Below are positions 18,678-29,100 of a stretch of 54,998 nt of DNA, piece by piece. The notes under the pieces were generated by a model. It was not told the DNA's origin. It searched no databases and saw nothing but the letters and a program-made list of their open reading frames with translations. The position numbers were made by a program, and so were the translations under genes. Position 1 is the stretch's first letter. Each line of letters opens with the position of its first letter. This stretch comes from Pseudomonadales bacterium (GTDB lineage: Bacteria; Pseudomonadota; Gammaproteobacteria; Pseudomonadales; Azotimanducaceae): contig JANQYP010000051.1 of the NCBI GenBank assembly GCA_030728785.1, positions 6,626-61,623 of the forward strand, given 5' to 3'.

Positions 18678-19535
18678 TCAGGTTGCGCCCTGCTGAACTC
18701 GCTGCAGGAAGTCATGAATCAGCCAACCGGAAATAGACATCATGGCCGGTTTGCTCGGCAGGTTGGTATGGTGAAACCACTGGGCGTCAGCAATTTCGGC
18801 TTCCTGCAGGACAAATTCTCCGCCGGCATATTCTGCATGGAAACCCAGCATCAGCGAGTTGGGAAAAGGCCAGGACTGGCTGGCGAAATACTTGAGGTTC
18901 TTTATTTGAATGCCAACTTCTTCAAGCACTTCGCGGTGCACGGCTTCTTCAATTGACTCCCCAGGTTCAACAAAACCCGCCAGGGTGGAATAGAAGTTGC
19001 CGCGAGCATTGGCGTTGCGAGCCAGCAGCAACTCGTCGCCACGGGTCACCAGCACAATGATGGATGGCGACAGCCTGGGGTAAAACATCTGCCGGCATGG
19101 TGCACATTTGCGGGAGCGATCCATGTCAGAAGGTTGAGTGGGTTGGCCGCACTGACCACAGAACTGGTGGTTGCTGTGCCACTCAACAATCTGTGTTGCG
19201 CGGCCCAGCATGTTGAGTGTCGGTTCTGCAACGCGGCCGAGGAAGGACCAGAGTTTGCCGAACACGTAACCCTCAGGTTCATCGGTCTCGGGATCAACCT
19301 CGGTGGCATACAGGGGAATATTACCCACCAGGCCGAGGAAATGTGTTGATACCGTCGTCAGGCCAAGCCAGTGTAACTCGTCCTGGTTCAGCGGTCGCCA
19401 GGGCGCCGCCTCGTCGACTGACAGAATTTCTCCGTCAGAGATGACTATATGGAAACTGTGTTGGGCGTCGCCGGGTGATTGCACGCCAGAGATAAAGTCT
19501 GTGCTTAAGTTGAACTGTGACCATTCCATAGACAT
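18678..19535 (-). CDS. nudC: NAD(+)/NADH diphosphatase NudC (Nudix)
   Basis: Zinc ribbon CGQCGQPT...CAPC, Nudix box GFVEPGESIEEAVHREVLEEVG, NudC-specific SQSWPFPNS. Confidence 0.92.
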   Translation of the reverse strand: MSMEWSQFNLSTDFISGVQSPGDAQHSFHIVISDGEILSVDEAAPWRPLNQDELHWLGLTTVSTHFLGLVGNIPLYATEVDPETDEPEGYVFGKLWSFLGRVAEPTLNMLGRATQIVEWHSNHQFCGQCGQPTQPSDMDRSRKCAPCRQMFYPRLSPSIIVLVTRGDELLLARNANARGNFYSTLAGFVEPGESIEEAVHREVLEEVGIQIKNLKYFASQSWPFPNSLMLGFHAEYAGGEFVLQEAEIADAQWFHHTNLPSKPAMMSISGWLIHDFLQRVQQGAT

Positions 19536-19610
19536 AACCCAGATAGATATAACGCCAAATCATATAAGCATTTGAAAACGTTCACTTTAGCACAGGCTAT
19601 GGAGGGGTGT

Positions 19611-20387
19611 TCAGGAATTTCTGGGAAATCTTGGTGGCGCCGTGCGGGCCAGGGTAATGACGTCGACACTGCTGGCGCCGGCGCGCAGCAACATTCGGCT
19701 TAATTCGGCGACGGTAGCGCCGGTGGTCAGTACATCATCGACGATGGCGACCCGCAAGCCGTGCAGGCGCCGGCCGACAACAAACGCCTGTTGGATGTTT
19801 TGCTGCCGGGCCGCAGCAGACAAGCCCTTTTGCGGGTTTGTCGCCTTGACTCGCCGGCAGAGCCGGGTATCAACGGCAATACCATTCAGGCGGCCGATAC
19901 ATTGGCTGATCTCGGTGGCCTGGTTGAAGCCACGCTGGCGCTGGCGACGCTTATGCAGGGGCATGGGCACTAACAGGTCGACCCTGGTCGTGGCAGCAAC
20001 CTGTGCCTGGCACCAGCACTGGTAACGCTGGGCCAAAACCATTGCCAGGACATAACCGACACGATGCTGGTGGTTGGTTTTAAATTCACTGATCAGTTGA
20101 TCGACGGGTGAGCTGTAGGCAAAGGCGCTGAAGGTTCGGCGAAACGGTGGTGGGTGCATGCGACAGAGATGGCAGACCGGCGCCGCTGGCACAATGTTCA
20201 GAGGTATGTCGGCCGCAATATTGGCTGGCAGTGCCTGTTGGCCGCAGCGCACACAGGGCCAGGGTGTTGTCGGCAGGTCTGCTTCACAGGCTCGGCACAG
20301 GTCCAGACGGCGCTCCGAGGCGCTCAGGCAGAGCATACATTTGCCGGGGAAGAGGCTGTAGGACCAGTGTGCCAGAAGCTCGAGCAT
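19611..20387 (-). CDS. comF: ComF family protein (phosphoribosyltransferase fold with an N-terminal double zinc ribbon)
   Basis: CMLCLS...CRACEADL...CVRCG...CHLC Cys pairs and a C-terminal PRTase motif VAIVDDVLTTGATV. Confidence 0.85.
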   Translation of the reverse strand: MLELLAHWSYSLFPGKCMLCLSASERRLDLCRACEADLPTTPWPCVRCGQQALPANIAADIPLNIVPAAPVCHLCRMHPPPFRRTFSAFAYSSPVDQLISEFKTNHQHRVGYVLAMVLAQRYQCWCQAQVAATTRVDLLVPMPLHKRRQRQRGFNQATEISQCIGRLNGIAVDTRLCRRVKATNPQKGLSAAARQQNIQQAFVVGRRLHGLRVAIVDDVLTTGATVAELSRMLLRAGASSVDVITLARTAPPRFPRNS

Positions 20388-20582
20388 AAGCCAGCCGCGC
20401 TGCGGTGAAAGGCTGACTATGGACCTGTGCCTGCAGCTGTAATAATGGCCAAGGCCCTGCGGCGCTGTAAGTCATTGGCGCTTGCAAAGGTCAGATCAGC
20501 GCTGTGGCTGAGTGCCTAAATCATGCCAGGAGCAGCGCACCCTGGGTGCGCAGCCGTGCCAGTATAGCCGGCTTGCTCTCGC

Positions 20583-21239
20583 CTAGCCGGCAGTTGGGCA
20601 GGGATGACTGGCATCGCGTTCGTCACATGCCAGAATGTTGCTCAGGTAGGTGGACCATGCGGCAATTTCTGGTTGCGCCATGTTCGGTTCGCCCTCAGTA
20701 AAGCTCGGTAGACGTTTCACCAGGCGCACAATATACAGATAGTCATTGCCCTGGATGACCTTCAACATACTGATCTCACCCTGCTTGCTGTAGGCATTGT
20801 TGCTGCACAACAGCAGGCGGGTGGAAGTGGGGTAATTGTTTTCCAGGCCGGAAAACAGGTTGTAATCCTTCAGGCCGGAGCAGGCTTCGCGACTTTTCTC
20901 GACCTCGCGAAGCAGAGTCTCAATGGGGTCCAGGTCAGTGAGGCGCTGATGCGCCTCAAAGGAGACGCGATTATGCCAGTCGGGTTCTGTCTCATTGTTG
21001 GGCAGGTAGTCCCGAAGGCGGGTACTGCCCGTGTTCAGGTGATAGATCAGTTTCCAGTCGAGTGGTGGCAGGGCGATCAGGCGCTCCTGGGGTGCTCTGT
21101 TGTTCCCATGACTGCTAATGACTGGGTCCGCAGCCGCGCCGGCGGGCGCCAGCGCGCTGGTGCAGTTGGTCAGCAGGGCCAACACCAGGCTGGCGATAAG
21201 GATGGGCCGGGCAAGTCTGGTCACAGCGGTGCTGCTCAA
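20583..21239 (-). CDS. Hypothetical secreted protein or lipoprotein
   Basis: 218 aa with an N-terminal signal-like segment (ILIASLVLALLTNC, possible lipobox). No recognisable domain. Confidence 0.5.
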   Translation of the reverse strand: MSSTAVTRLARPILIASLVLALLTNCTSALAPAGAAADPVISSHGNNRAPQERLIALPPLDWKLIYHLNTGSTRLRDYLPNNETEPDWHNRVSFEAHQRLTDLDPIETLLREVEKSREACSGLKDYNLFSGLENNYPTSTRLLLCSNNAYSKQGEISMLKVIQGNDYLYIVRLVKRLPSFTEGEPNMAQPEIAAWSTYLSNILACDERDASHPCPTAG

Positions 21240-21261
21240 CAGCGGTGCTCCTCAATTGGAT

Positions 21262-21651
21262 CTACATCAAGTCACTGGCTTCCTGCTGCAGGGCAATCAG
21301 GCGTCGCACCCAGTTTTCGATGCGTGCCAGGTGCTGAGGACCAACATTCAATGCTGCAGCCAGATCACGAATAAAAAACTGTTCCTCGATCTCAAAGGCG
21401 CCATCGGCATAACCCAGGCGCAGCAGCGCCATGAGTGCAATAATGCGTGACCGCTGGGTCACAAAAATGCGTTCAACGCCAGATAGTGGCAGATAGTGAG
21501 GCGCAAAACCCGGATCGAGATTCATCTCCCTGTGCATGTCGGCCATCATCAGCTCTTCGCCGGTACTCAGCAGGCCATCGGAGACGACGACATTATGCGC
21601 CAGGCACATCAGGGTTTCTTTCTGCTGTTGACTCAAGCCTGCTAAAAACAT
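21262..21651 (-). CDS. Hypothetical small helical protein (possibly TerB-like)
   Basis: 129 aa. The paired helical pattern with acidic/Gly turns (VVVSDGLLSTGEE...LGYADGAFEIEEQ) is reminiscent of the TerB fold. Weak. Confidence 0.4.
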   Translation of the reverse strand: MFLAGLSQQQKETLMCLAHNVVVSDGLLSTGEELMMADMHREMNLDPGFAPHYLPLSGVERIFVTQRSRIIALMALLRLGYADGAFEIEEQFFIRDLAAALNVGPQHLARIENWVRRLIALQQEASDLM

Positions 21652-21698
21652 GACAGCTGGTGGTTCCTCTTTTAATGATCAGTTGGCAGTCCCGGAAA

Positions 21699-22814
21699 TC
21701 AGGGTTCCGGTGCCGTCAGAACCAGTTCGTAGTTGATGATTTTTTCATCCCGCAAGCTAGTAACCTTGACCTTATCGCCGGGGGCAAAGGATTCCAGAGC
21801 GGTGAGCAGTGAATCTTCATTGGTTACCGGCTGGCCATCAATGGCAATGATGACATCGCCAAGGTGGATCTGGCCGCGGTTGTCTTCCCGCACGCCAACC
21901 ATGCCAGCCTGGTCTGCGGCGAGGCCAGGTTTTACTGACAGCAGGGCAATGCCTTTGACGCCAAGACGTTTGGCCCAGTAGTCCGTCAGAGTTTCGATAC
22001 CCAGTACCGGCCGATACAGCTTGCCGTATTGGAGCAGCTGCGGAATCAGGTCTTTTACCGTGTTGATGGGTATGGCAAAGCCAATGCCGGCGCTGGCACC
22101 GCTGGGGCTGTAGATAGCTGTGTTGACGCCAATCAGCTGGCCCAGCGAGTTCAGCAGCGGGCCACCGGAATTGCCTGGATTAATCGCCGCATCTGTCTGA
22201 ATAACATCCTTGATGGTGCGATTGTTGGCCGCCTTGATCTCCCGCCCGAGGGCGCTCACCACACCCACCGTCAGGGTAGTGTCGAGGGCAAATGGGTTGC
22301 CGATGGCGAGTACCTTACGACCCACGGAAAGGGCTTTGGAATCGCCCAGGGTCATGGGTTTCAGAACCTCATCGGGGGCATTGATGCGCAACAAGGCAAT
22401 ATCCTTTTCCGGGGCTGTGCCGACAATGTCGGCGTCATAGGATTGGCCTGACTGGAGGGTGATGATGATGCGGCTGGCACCGGCAATGACGTGAAAGTTG
22501 GTGACAATCAGGCCGTCCTTATCCCATATGAGGCCAGTACCAGAGCCGCGGGGCGTCTCCATGACGTTCATGGAAAACATCTGCCGCCGCAGCAGTGTGT
22601 TAGTGACAAATACCACGGACGGACTGGCGTTGCTGAATACCGCAATATTGTTACTTTCATCGTCAGTGAGGAAGACGTTGTCGGGCTGGCCGGCAGCAGG
22701 CGAGTGGGCTGAAGGCTGGGTCGGCTGGTCGTTGTCGGCCAGCACAACAATGGTCAGTAACATGCCCAGAGCCAGTCCGAGGATACCGGCACCGGCAAGT
22801 ATTTTTAATTTCAT
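21699..22814 (-). CDS. HtrA/DegP-family (S1C) serine protease with a single PDZ domain and an N-terminal anchor
   Basis: Catalytic His (VTNFHVI), Asp (DIALLRI) and Ser (GNSGGPLLN). PDZ region: GIALLSVKPGLAADQAG...GDVIIAIDG. Confidence 0.9.
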   Translation of the reverse strand: MKLKILAGAGILGLALGMLLTIVVLADNDQPTQPSAHSPAAGQPDNVFLTDDESNNIAVFSNASPSVVFVTNTLLRRQMFSMNVMETPRGSGTGLIWDKDGLIVTNFHVIAGASRIIITLQSGQSYDADIVGTAPEKDIALLRINAPDEVLKPMTLGDSKALSVGRKVLAIGNPFALDTTLTVGVVSALGREIKAANNRTIKDVIQTDAAINPGNSGGPLLNSLGQLIGVNTAIYSPSGASAGIGFAIPINTVKDLIPQLLQYGKLYRPVLGIETLTDYWAKRLGVKGIALLSVKPGLAADQAGMVGVREDNRGQIHLGDVIIAIDGQPVTNEDSLLTALESFAPGDKVKVTSLRDEKIINYELVLTAPEP

Positions 22815-22948
22815 AGACTCTTCACGGGCTCAGCGCCAGCTGTTTGAAGTTGCGTTTATGATGCTGCGCGCAGAAAGACTCGCCAAAGAATCCCTCGCAC
22901 CACAGTTACACCACAGTGTAGACGACAATTTCCCCTGGTGGTTCCCGG

Positions 22949-24397
22949 CTAGCGGGTTGTGGCGGTAATTTTAGTGACCTTGGCCGTGGCTGACAGGTAG
23001 CTGTTCAGGTCTGCAATGTCAGCAGGCGACAGGGTGCCAACGGTCTGCTTCAGGCGCAGGGTGTCGCGGATGTACTGGTAGCGGGCGCTGGCATACTGAA
23101 ACTGGGCCAGAAACAGGCGCTGCTGGGCGAGCAGGACGTCGACGATATTGCGGGTGCCGACTTCATAACCCGTCTGGGTAGCATCCAGGGCGCTCTGGCT
23201 TGACTCGATACCGCGCAGGCGGGCCTTGACCCTGGCCACATCGGTGTTCAGGGCGCTGTACAGGGTTCTGGTGTTTTCCACCACGGTTCTCTGGGTCAGG
23301 TCAAAATTGCGCTGCGCCTGCTCCAGCAGAAAACTGGCCTGCCTGGCCCGTGACTGGGTGGCGCCGCCGGCATAAATGGGCAGGTTGAGTTGCAGGGCCA
23401 TGGAATTCTGTTCTGACTCGGTGCCGCTACTACCAAAAAATCCGCGGCTGCCAGAATTATTCCGGTTCATCGTGACCTGGGCGTCAATGGTGGGCATGTG
23501 GCCACTGCGGGCGATCTGGACATCACGTTGAGCGGCATTGACACCCTCACGCGCCGCTAGCAGGGAGTAGTTTTGCTGCAGGGCTGACCTGACCCAAGCT
23601 TCTTCGTCGCGGGGCTCGGGGAATTCTACCGGGAAGCTGGGGCTCAGGCCCGAGACTTCATAAAATGGCTGGCCGGTGAGGCGCAGCAAGGCTTCAAAAG
23701 TCACTGCCTGGGCACCTTCGGCCTCAATCACGTTGACCGTTGACGAGTCAAAGGCGGCGGTGGATTCAAGCACGTCGGTGATGGCCACCAGGCCCACGTC
23801 AAATCGCTGTTGCACCTGTTCCAGCTGGCGCTGCACGGCTTCGCGCTCGGCATTGGCGGCGCTCCAGCGATCCTGGGCCTCAAGGATACCCAGGTAACTG
23901 TTGGCGACTCGAAAGATCAGTTCCTGTTGTTCGGCGGTGAGCTGGGCCAGGGCCTGGGCTTCCACATTTTTTGACTGCTTGAAGGCAAACCAGCTGTCGA
24001 GGCGAAACACCGGCTGGCGCAATACTGCCTGCCAGCCATTGTCATTATAATTTTCGGTCAGCTCCGGTGTTGCGGTGAGGATAGTCCGTTTATTCTGTGA
24101 GGTTGAAGCGCCAACGCTGATGGTCGGCAGGAGCCCCGCCCGGCCCTGGGTCAAGACTTCGCGGCGGGCCATGTAACCGGCGTTAGCAGCGGCCAGTTGC
24201 GGATCGTTGCTGACCGCCAGGGTATAGATGTCCTCGAGGCTGGCGGCACTGGCTGGCATGGCGCTGACCAGCGCCAGTGGCAGGCCCGCTGACATAAGCA
24301 GCGACACAGACAGCGACACAGACAGCGACACAGACAGCGACATAGATATTGACTGGCAGAGGCGCTTCAGGCCGGTGGGCACAAATCCTGGTTTCAT
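22949..24397 (-). CDS. tolC: TolC-family outer membrane efflux channel
   Basis: 482 aa. The mature N-terminus SLEDIYTLAVSNDPQLAAA plus repeated coiled-coil/beta halves is typical of TolC. The start is ambiguous because of the repeat in the leader. Confidence 0.85.
   Translation of the reverse strand: MKPGFVPTGLKRLCQSISMSLSVSLSVSLSVSLLMSAGLPLALVSAMPASAASLEDIYTLAVSNDPQLAAANAGYMARREVLTQGRAGLLPTISVGASTSQNKRTILTATPELTENYNDNGWQAVLRQPVFRLDSWFAFKQSKNVEAQALAQLTAEQQELIFRVANSYLGILEAQDRWSAANAEREAVQRQLEQVQQRFDVGLVAITDVLESTAAFDSSTVNVIEAEGAQAVTFEALLRLTGQPFYEVSGLSPSFPVEFPEPRDEEAWVRSALQQNYSLLAAREGVNAAQRDVQIARSGHMPTIDAQVTMNRNNSGSRGFFGSSGTESEQNSMALQLNLPIYAGGATQSRARQASFLLEQAQRNFDLTQRTVVENTRTLYSALNTDVARVKARLRGIESSQSALDATQTGYEVGTRNIVDVLLAQQRLFLAQFQYASARYQYIRDTLRLKQTVGTLSPADIADLNSYLSATAKVTKITATTR
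24299..24346 (-). repeat. 12-bp in-frame tandem repeat (cagcgacacaga x4 on the plus strand) encoding (SLSV)n in the TolC leader
   Basis: Direct reading. It translates on the minus strand to SMSLSVSLSVSLSVSLL. Confidence 0.9.
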
Positions 24398-24655
24398 GGC
24401 AGTTCCTTACAGTACACAAATTTTTGTTAAAGGCAGGCGCACGGTCCTGCCCAAGCACTTTTATTCGGCGCGTAACTGGTGCATAACCGGTCTATAGCTG
24501 ACGCACAAGCCGCGTAGCTTACTCACAGACAGTGTGCCATGCCAGTGGGCTGCGATAATCTGACGACTATACGCGGCTGGCGGTGCAGCAGGTTGGTCCG
24601 CCAGGGCAAAAAGTGGGGTCATTGTCGCAGGAATAGACCTTTGACGCGAGACAGG

Positions 24656-24676
24656 CCCCATGGGTTTGCCATGGGG
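24656..24676. terminator. Palindromic hairpin ccccatgg-gtttg-ccatgggg directly after the amidase stop
   Basis: 8-bp perfect stem. The T-run (atttta) is on the plus-strand side only, so the orientation of any termination activity is ambiguous. Confidence 0.4.
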
Positions 24677-24679
24677 ATT

Positions 24680-26071
24680 TTATCGCGGCCCGGTAAATTC
24701 GCCCAGGTGGTTGTGTAACACCGTTTCCAGCCAGGCACCCAGCGCCAGGCAATGATCTTCGCGAAACGGCCTGGCGACAATCTGCAGGCCGATGGGCAGG
24801 CCGCGCGCATCGGTACCACAACGGATCACCAGCGCCGGCCAGCCGGTGAGGTTGTAGGCGAGGGTATAGCTGTAGGCAAGCATGTCTTCCGTTTCATCAT
24901 GACCGATAGCCGTATGGGCATTCACCGGACACACCAGCACATCAAAGTCGTTGAAAAATCCCAGCATGCCGCTGCGATAGTTATCCCAGAGATTAATCGC
25001 GTAGTTGAATTCTGACTGGCTCATGGTGGGTCGGGCCTGGGTCGCGCTCTGGGCAATCTGTGGCGAGGGCTCTGTGGTTCGGCTGTCTTCCAACAGCAGG
25101 TCAAGAGTGTCGCCACCATCGGCGCCGAACAGGCGGGAATAGATGAAGCTCGCCATCTCCACGCCCGGCGGCCGGGTTTCAGTGGTTGTGTGACCAGCCT
25201 CGTTGAGCAGTTTGAGAGCGTCTTTGATAGCCGACTGGATTGCGTTGCTGGGCGTGGAGATGCCATTGTCAGTGTGAAAGCCAATACGCAGCTGGCTGAC
25301 ATCCACAGCTGTTGGCGAATAACTGCGGGCATCCACGGAGTGCGGGTCGAACAGATCCGGGCCCTGGATAATATCCAGCAGGTAGCCCAGGTCAGCCACC
25401 CGGCGCGCCATGGGCCCTGGTTGCGACAGGGTCGATAACAAGCCTGAAGAAGGCAGGGCATTGCCGGTACAGGGTACTCGGCCAGTGGTGGGCTTGAGGC
25501 CGGCGATGCCACAGAAGTGGCTTGGCAGGCGAATGCTGCCGCCAGTATCGGTGCCAATATCAAAGGGCGTCGCGCCACTGGCGATTAATGCCGCGGCGCC
25601 ACCGCTGCTGCCGCCCGGCGTCAGCGCCAGGTTATAGGGATTGTTGGTGCGCCCGTATACCAGGTTGTCGGTCTTAAAGGCCAGGGTGAATTCCGGCGTG
25701 TTGGTCTTGCCCATGAGGATGCCGCCGGCAGCCCGCAGGCGCGCCACGCAGGTGGCGTCGCGGCCAGGGCGAAAATCCTTACGCCCCAGGGTGCCCCAGG
25801 TGGTGACGGCATCTTTGGTGTCGAGGCTGTCCTTGATGGTCATGGGGATGCCATGCAAGGGACCGTGCAGGGTGCCGGCCAGCAGGTCGGCGTCGGCCTT
25901 GTCCGCCTGCTTCAGTGCCTGCTCGGCAGTACTGTAAACCAGGGCATTAAGGGCCGGGTTAAGACGCTCAATTCGGTCAAGAAAGCCCCGCACCAGGCGC
26001 GCTGAGGTGATGGCTCTGGTGGTGACAGCCGTTGCCATCTGCGCCAGTGAGCCGTCCAGAATCTCGTCCAT
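24680..26071 (-). CDS. Amidase-signature (AS) family amidase
   Basis: 463 aa with the Gly/Ser-rich signature GGSSGGAAALIASGATPFDIGTDTGGSIRLP. SD ggagaag precedes the ATG. Confidence 0.9.
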   Translation of the reverse strand: MDEILDGSLAQMATAVTTRAITSARLVRGFLDRIERLNPALNALVYSTAEQALKQADKADADLLAGTLHGPLHGIPMTIKDSLDTKDAVTTWGTLGRKDFRPGRDATCVARLRAAGGILMGKTNTPEFTLAFKTDNLVYGRTNNPYNLALTPGGSSGGAAALIASGATPFDIGTDTGGSIRLPSHFCGIAGLKPTTGRVPCTGNALPSSGLLSTLSQPGPMARRVADLGYLLDIIQGPDLFDPHSVDARSYSPTAVDVSQLRIGFHTDNGISTPSNAIQSAIKDALKLLNEAGHTTTETRPPGVEMASFIYSRLFGADGGDTLDLLLEDSRTTEPSPQIAQSATQARPTMSQSEFNYAINLWDNYRSGMLGFFNDFDVLVCPVNAHTAIGHDETEDMLAYSYTLAYNLTGWPALVIRCGTDARGLPIGLQIVARPFREDHCLALGAWLETVLHNHLGEFTGPR

Positions 26072-26139
26072 ACCACTTCTCCAGGGTCGTCAGCGGCCAG
26101 TGTGCCATGCCGCTTGCAGCGCCACCAGTGCCAGCTGGC

Positions 26140-29100
26140 TTATGCCAGCCGGACTATGGCAATAGACAGCTGCTCATCATCAATGTCAAAGCTTGTGGCC
26201 AAGGGTGCCGCTGCCATGTCCAGCTGCAGTGCCAGGGTATCCTTCATGATGTGCTCGCGATGTTCGGCAATGGCTGCCGCCAGTGCCGGGGACGCATGTA
26301 ATGTCAGGCCGATTCGGTCAACCACATTCAGGCCAAGGTCCTTGCGGGTGTTCTGGATGCGGTTAACCACTTCCCGCGCCAGGCCCTCACGAATCAGCGC
26401 GGGGGTGAGTTCACACTTCAGGTCGATGGAGATAAACCGGTCAGAAATGGCATCTGTGCCTGCCTTGGCTTCACGGAACACCAGAATGTCGTCCACGGAA
26501 AACACTTCGTCATCAATTCGAATGTCACCTTGTTGCTGCAACTCATCAATGGCGGCGGAGCTCAGGCCGTCAATCTTCTGCCGGTAGGCGCCAAAGGTTT
26601 TACCCAGGCGCTTACCCAGCACTGGTGAGTTGGGCTTGGCATAGAGACTGATATAAGCCCCTTCGTCGGTGTCATAGTCGACCGCCTTGACGTTCAGCTC
26701 GGCCTGGATGTAATTCTCCAGCTTGCTGATTTCCTCCAGCAGGGCCTCGTCCTTGTGAATCACTGTCAGCCTGGCCAGCGGCATCTTGGTCTTGACCTTC
26801 GCCTGATTCCGCTTCTGCCGACCCAGCAGGATAATGTGCTGCATGCGGGTCACCGCCTGTTCCAGCATGGGCTGGATCAGTTCAGTCTCGGGTTCGGGGT
26901 AAGCACACAGATGGACAGACAAGGGTGCCTGGGTCGTGCCAAAGGCTATCATTTCCTGGTAGATGGTCTCTGCCAGGAACGGCGCAAAGGGTGCCATGCT
27001 CAGGCTTAACTCATACAGGGTGGTATAGAGGGTGGTGTAGGCAGCGCGTTTGTCCTCGTTCATGTCTTCCTGCCAGAAGCGCGCGCGGTTGAGGCGGATA
27101 TACCAGTTGGTCAGCTCCTCGATAAACTCAAACAGTGCTGGCACCACGTTGTACAGACGATAACTTTCCATCTCCTCGGCAATGGTGGTCTTCAGAGTCT
27201 GCAGCCGTGACAGAATCCAGCGGTCCATGATGTTGGCGGACGGCCCGGCACTGTCGGCGGGTGACCATTGGTCGATGCTGGCATAGGTCTGCAGGAAGCG
27301 GAACGAATTCAGCCAGGGCAGCAGTGCTCGGCGGACCATATCCTTGACCCCGGCGTCGGCGAAGCGCTGCTCCTCGGCGCGCACCAGACCCGAGTTGATC
27401 AGGTACAGGCGCAGGGCATCGGCGCCATAGGTTTCCATCAACAGATCAGGGGGCGTGTAGTTACGCAGGCGCTTCGACATTTTCTTGCCGTCTTCGGCCA
27501 TGACAATACCGTTGACGATCACGTTCTTGAAGGGGTGGGTGTCAAACAGCGCTGTGCCCAGCACAATCAGGGTATAAAACCAGCCACGGGTCTGGTCCAG
27601 GCCCTCGGCAATAAACTCCGCCGGAAAACCCTTGGCAAACAGGTCTTGGTTCTCAAAGGGATAATGCAGTTGGGCATAGGGCATGGAGCCGGATTCAAAC
27701 CAGCAATCCAGCACCTCTTCGATACGGCGATAGGTGCCGGCCTCGCCTGCCATGGTAAAGGTCAGGTCGTCGACATGCTCGCGGTGCAGGTCATCGATGG
27801 TAACGCCCGTGAGTTTGGTCAGTTCTTCTATTGAACCAATACAGACCTGGCTGCCGGTTGCATCATTAATCCAGATGGGCAGGGGTGTGCCCCAATAGCG
27901 GTTGCGGGAGATGGCCCAGTCCAGCGCGCCTTCCAGCCACTTGCCCATACGGCCGGTCTGGATGTGACCCGGTACCCAGTTGATATCTTTGTTCACGGCT
28001 ACCAGACGCTCGCGCATCTGCTCCACGCGTACATACCAGGAGTCGATAGTGCGATAGATGATGGGTGTGTCTGAGCGTGGGCAGAAAGGGTAGCTGTGGA
28101 CAATGGTTTCCTGGCGGTACAGGGCGCCAGTGTCTTTTAATTTGCGAATGATGCCCTTGTCTGCGGCTTTGACATGCTGGCCGGCAAAGTCCGGAACCTC
28201 AATAGTAAACTGGCCGGCCATATCTACCGGGCAGACGGTGGCGGTAATACCGGCAGCCTTGAGCACTCGATGATCATCTTCACCAAAGGCCGGCGCCTGG
28301 TGGACAATACCCGTGCCGCTGTCGGTGGACACATAGTTGTCGGCAACAATCTGGAAGGCGCCTTCACTGCGCAGGTCGGTAAAATAATCGAAGATGGGCT
28401 CGTAAGTGCGGCCTACCAGGCTGGCACCTTTCATCTCGGCCAGCACTGTCAGCTGTTTGCCACGGCTCATGTCCTCCAGGCGCGCTCTGGCAAAATACAG
28501 GTCCAGGTTACGCTCTTCGTCATGGGCTTTGACGTAGTCGATATCGGCGCCCACACACAGGGCCAGGTTGGAAGGCAGGGTCCAGGGTGTGGTGGTCCAG
28601 GCGCTGATATAGGCATCTTCGTCCTGCAGCTTGAACAACACGGTTACCGCCGGATCCTGTACCTCCTGGTAATTGGAGGTGGCCTCAAAGTTCGACAGTA
28701 CTGTGCCCAGGGCGGTGGAGAAGGGTACGACTTTGATGCCCTGGTAAATCAGGCCTTTTTCCCACAGTTGCTTAACGACCCACCATACCGATTCCATAAA
28801 CCAGGGATCCATGGTTTTGTAGTCATTGTCGAAATCGACCCAGCGGCCAATGCGGGTAATGGTACTTTCCCACTCGCTGGTATAACGCTGGACAATGGCC
28901 CGGCACTCATCGTTGTAGCCTTTGATGCCCAGTTTGGCGACAGCCTCCTGAGAGGACATGCCAAGGGCCTTGTCGATTTCATGTTCAATGGGCAGGCCAT
29001 GGCAGTCCCAGCCAAAGCGCCGCTGCACATAGCGGCCCTTCATGGTGAAGTAGCGCGGCACGGCATCCTTGAGAATGGAACCTACCAGGTGGCCATGGTG

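Noticed and set aside
24680-26071. The amidase as the dedicated partner of the nitrile hydratase.
   Set aside because: It is 9 kb away on the opposite strand, in a different tightly spaced operon (downstream of ileS). Functional linkage cannot be inferred from this window.
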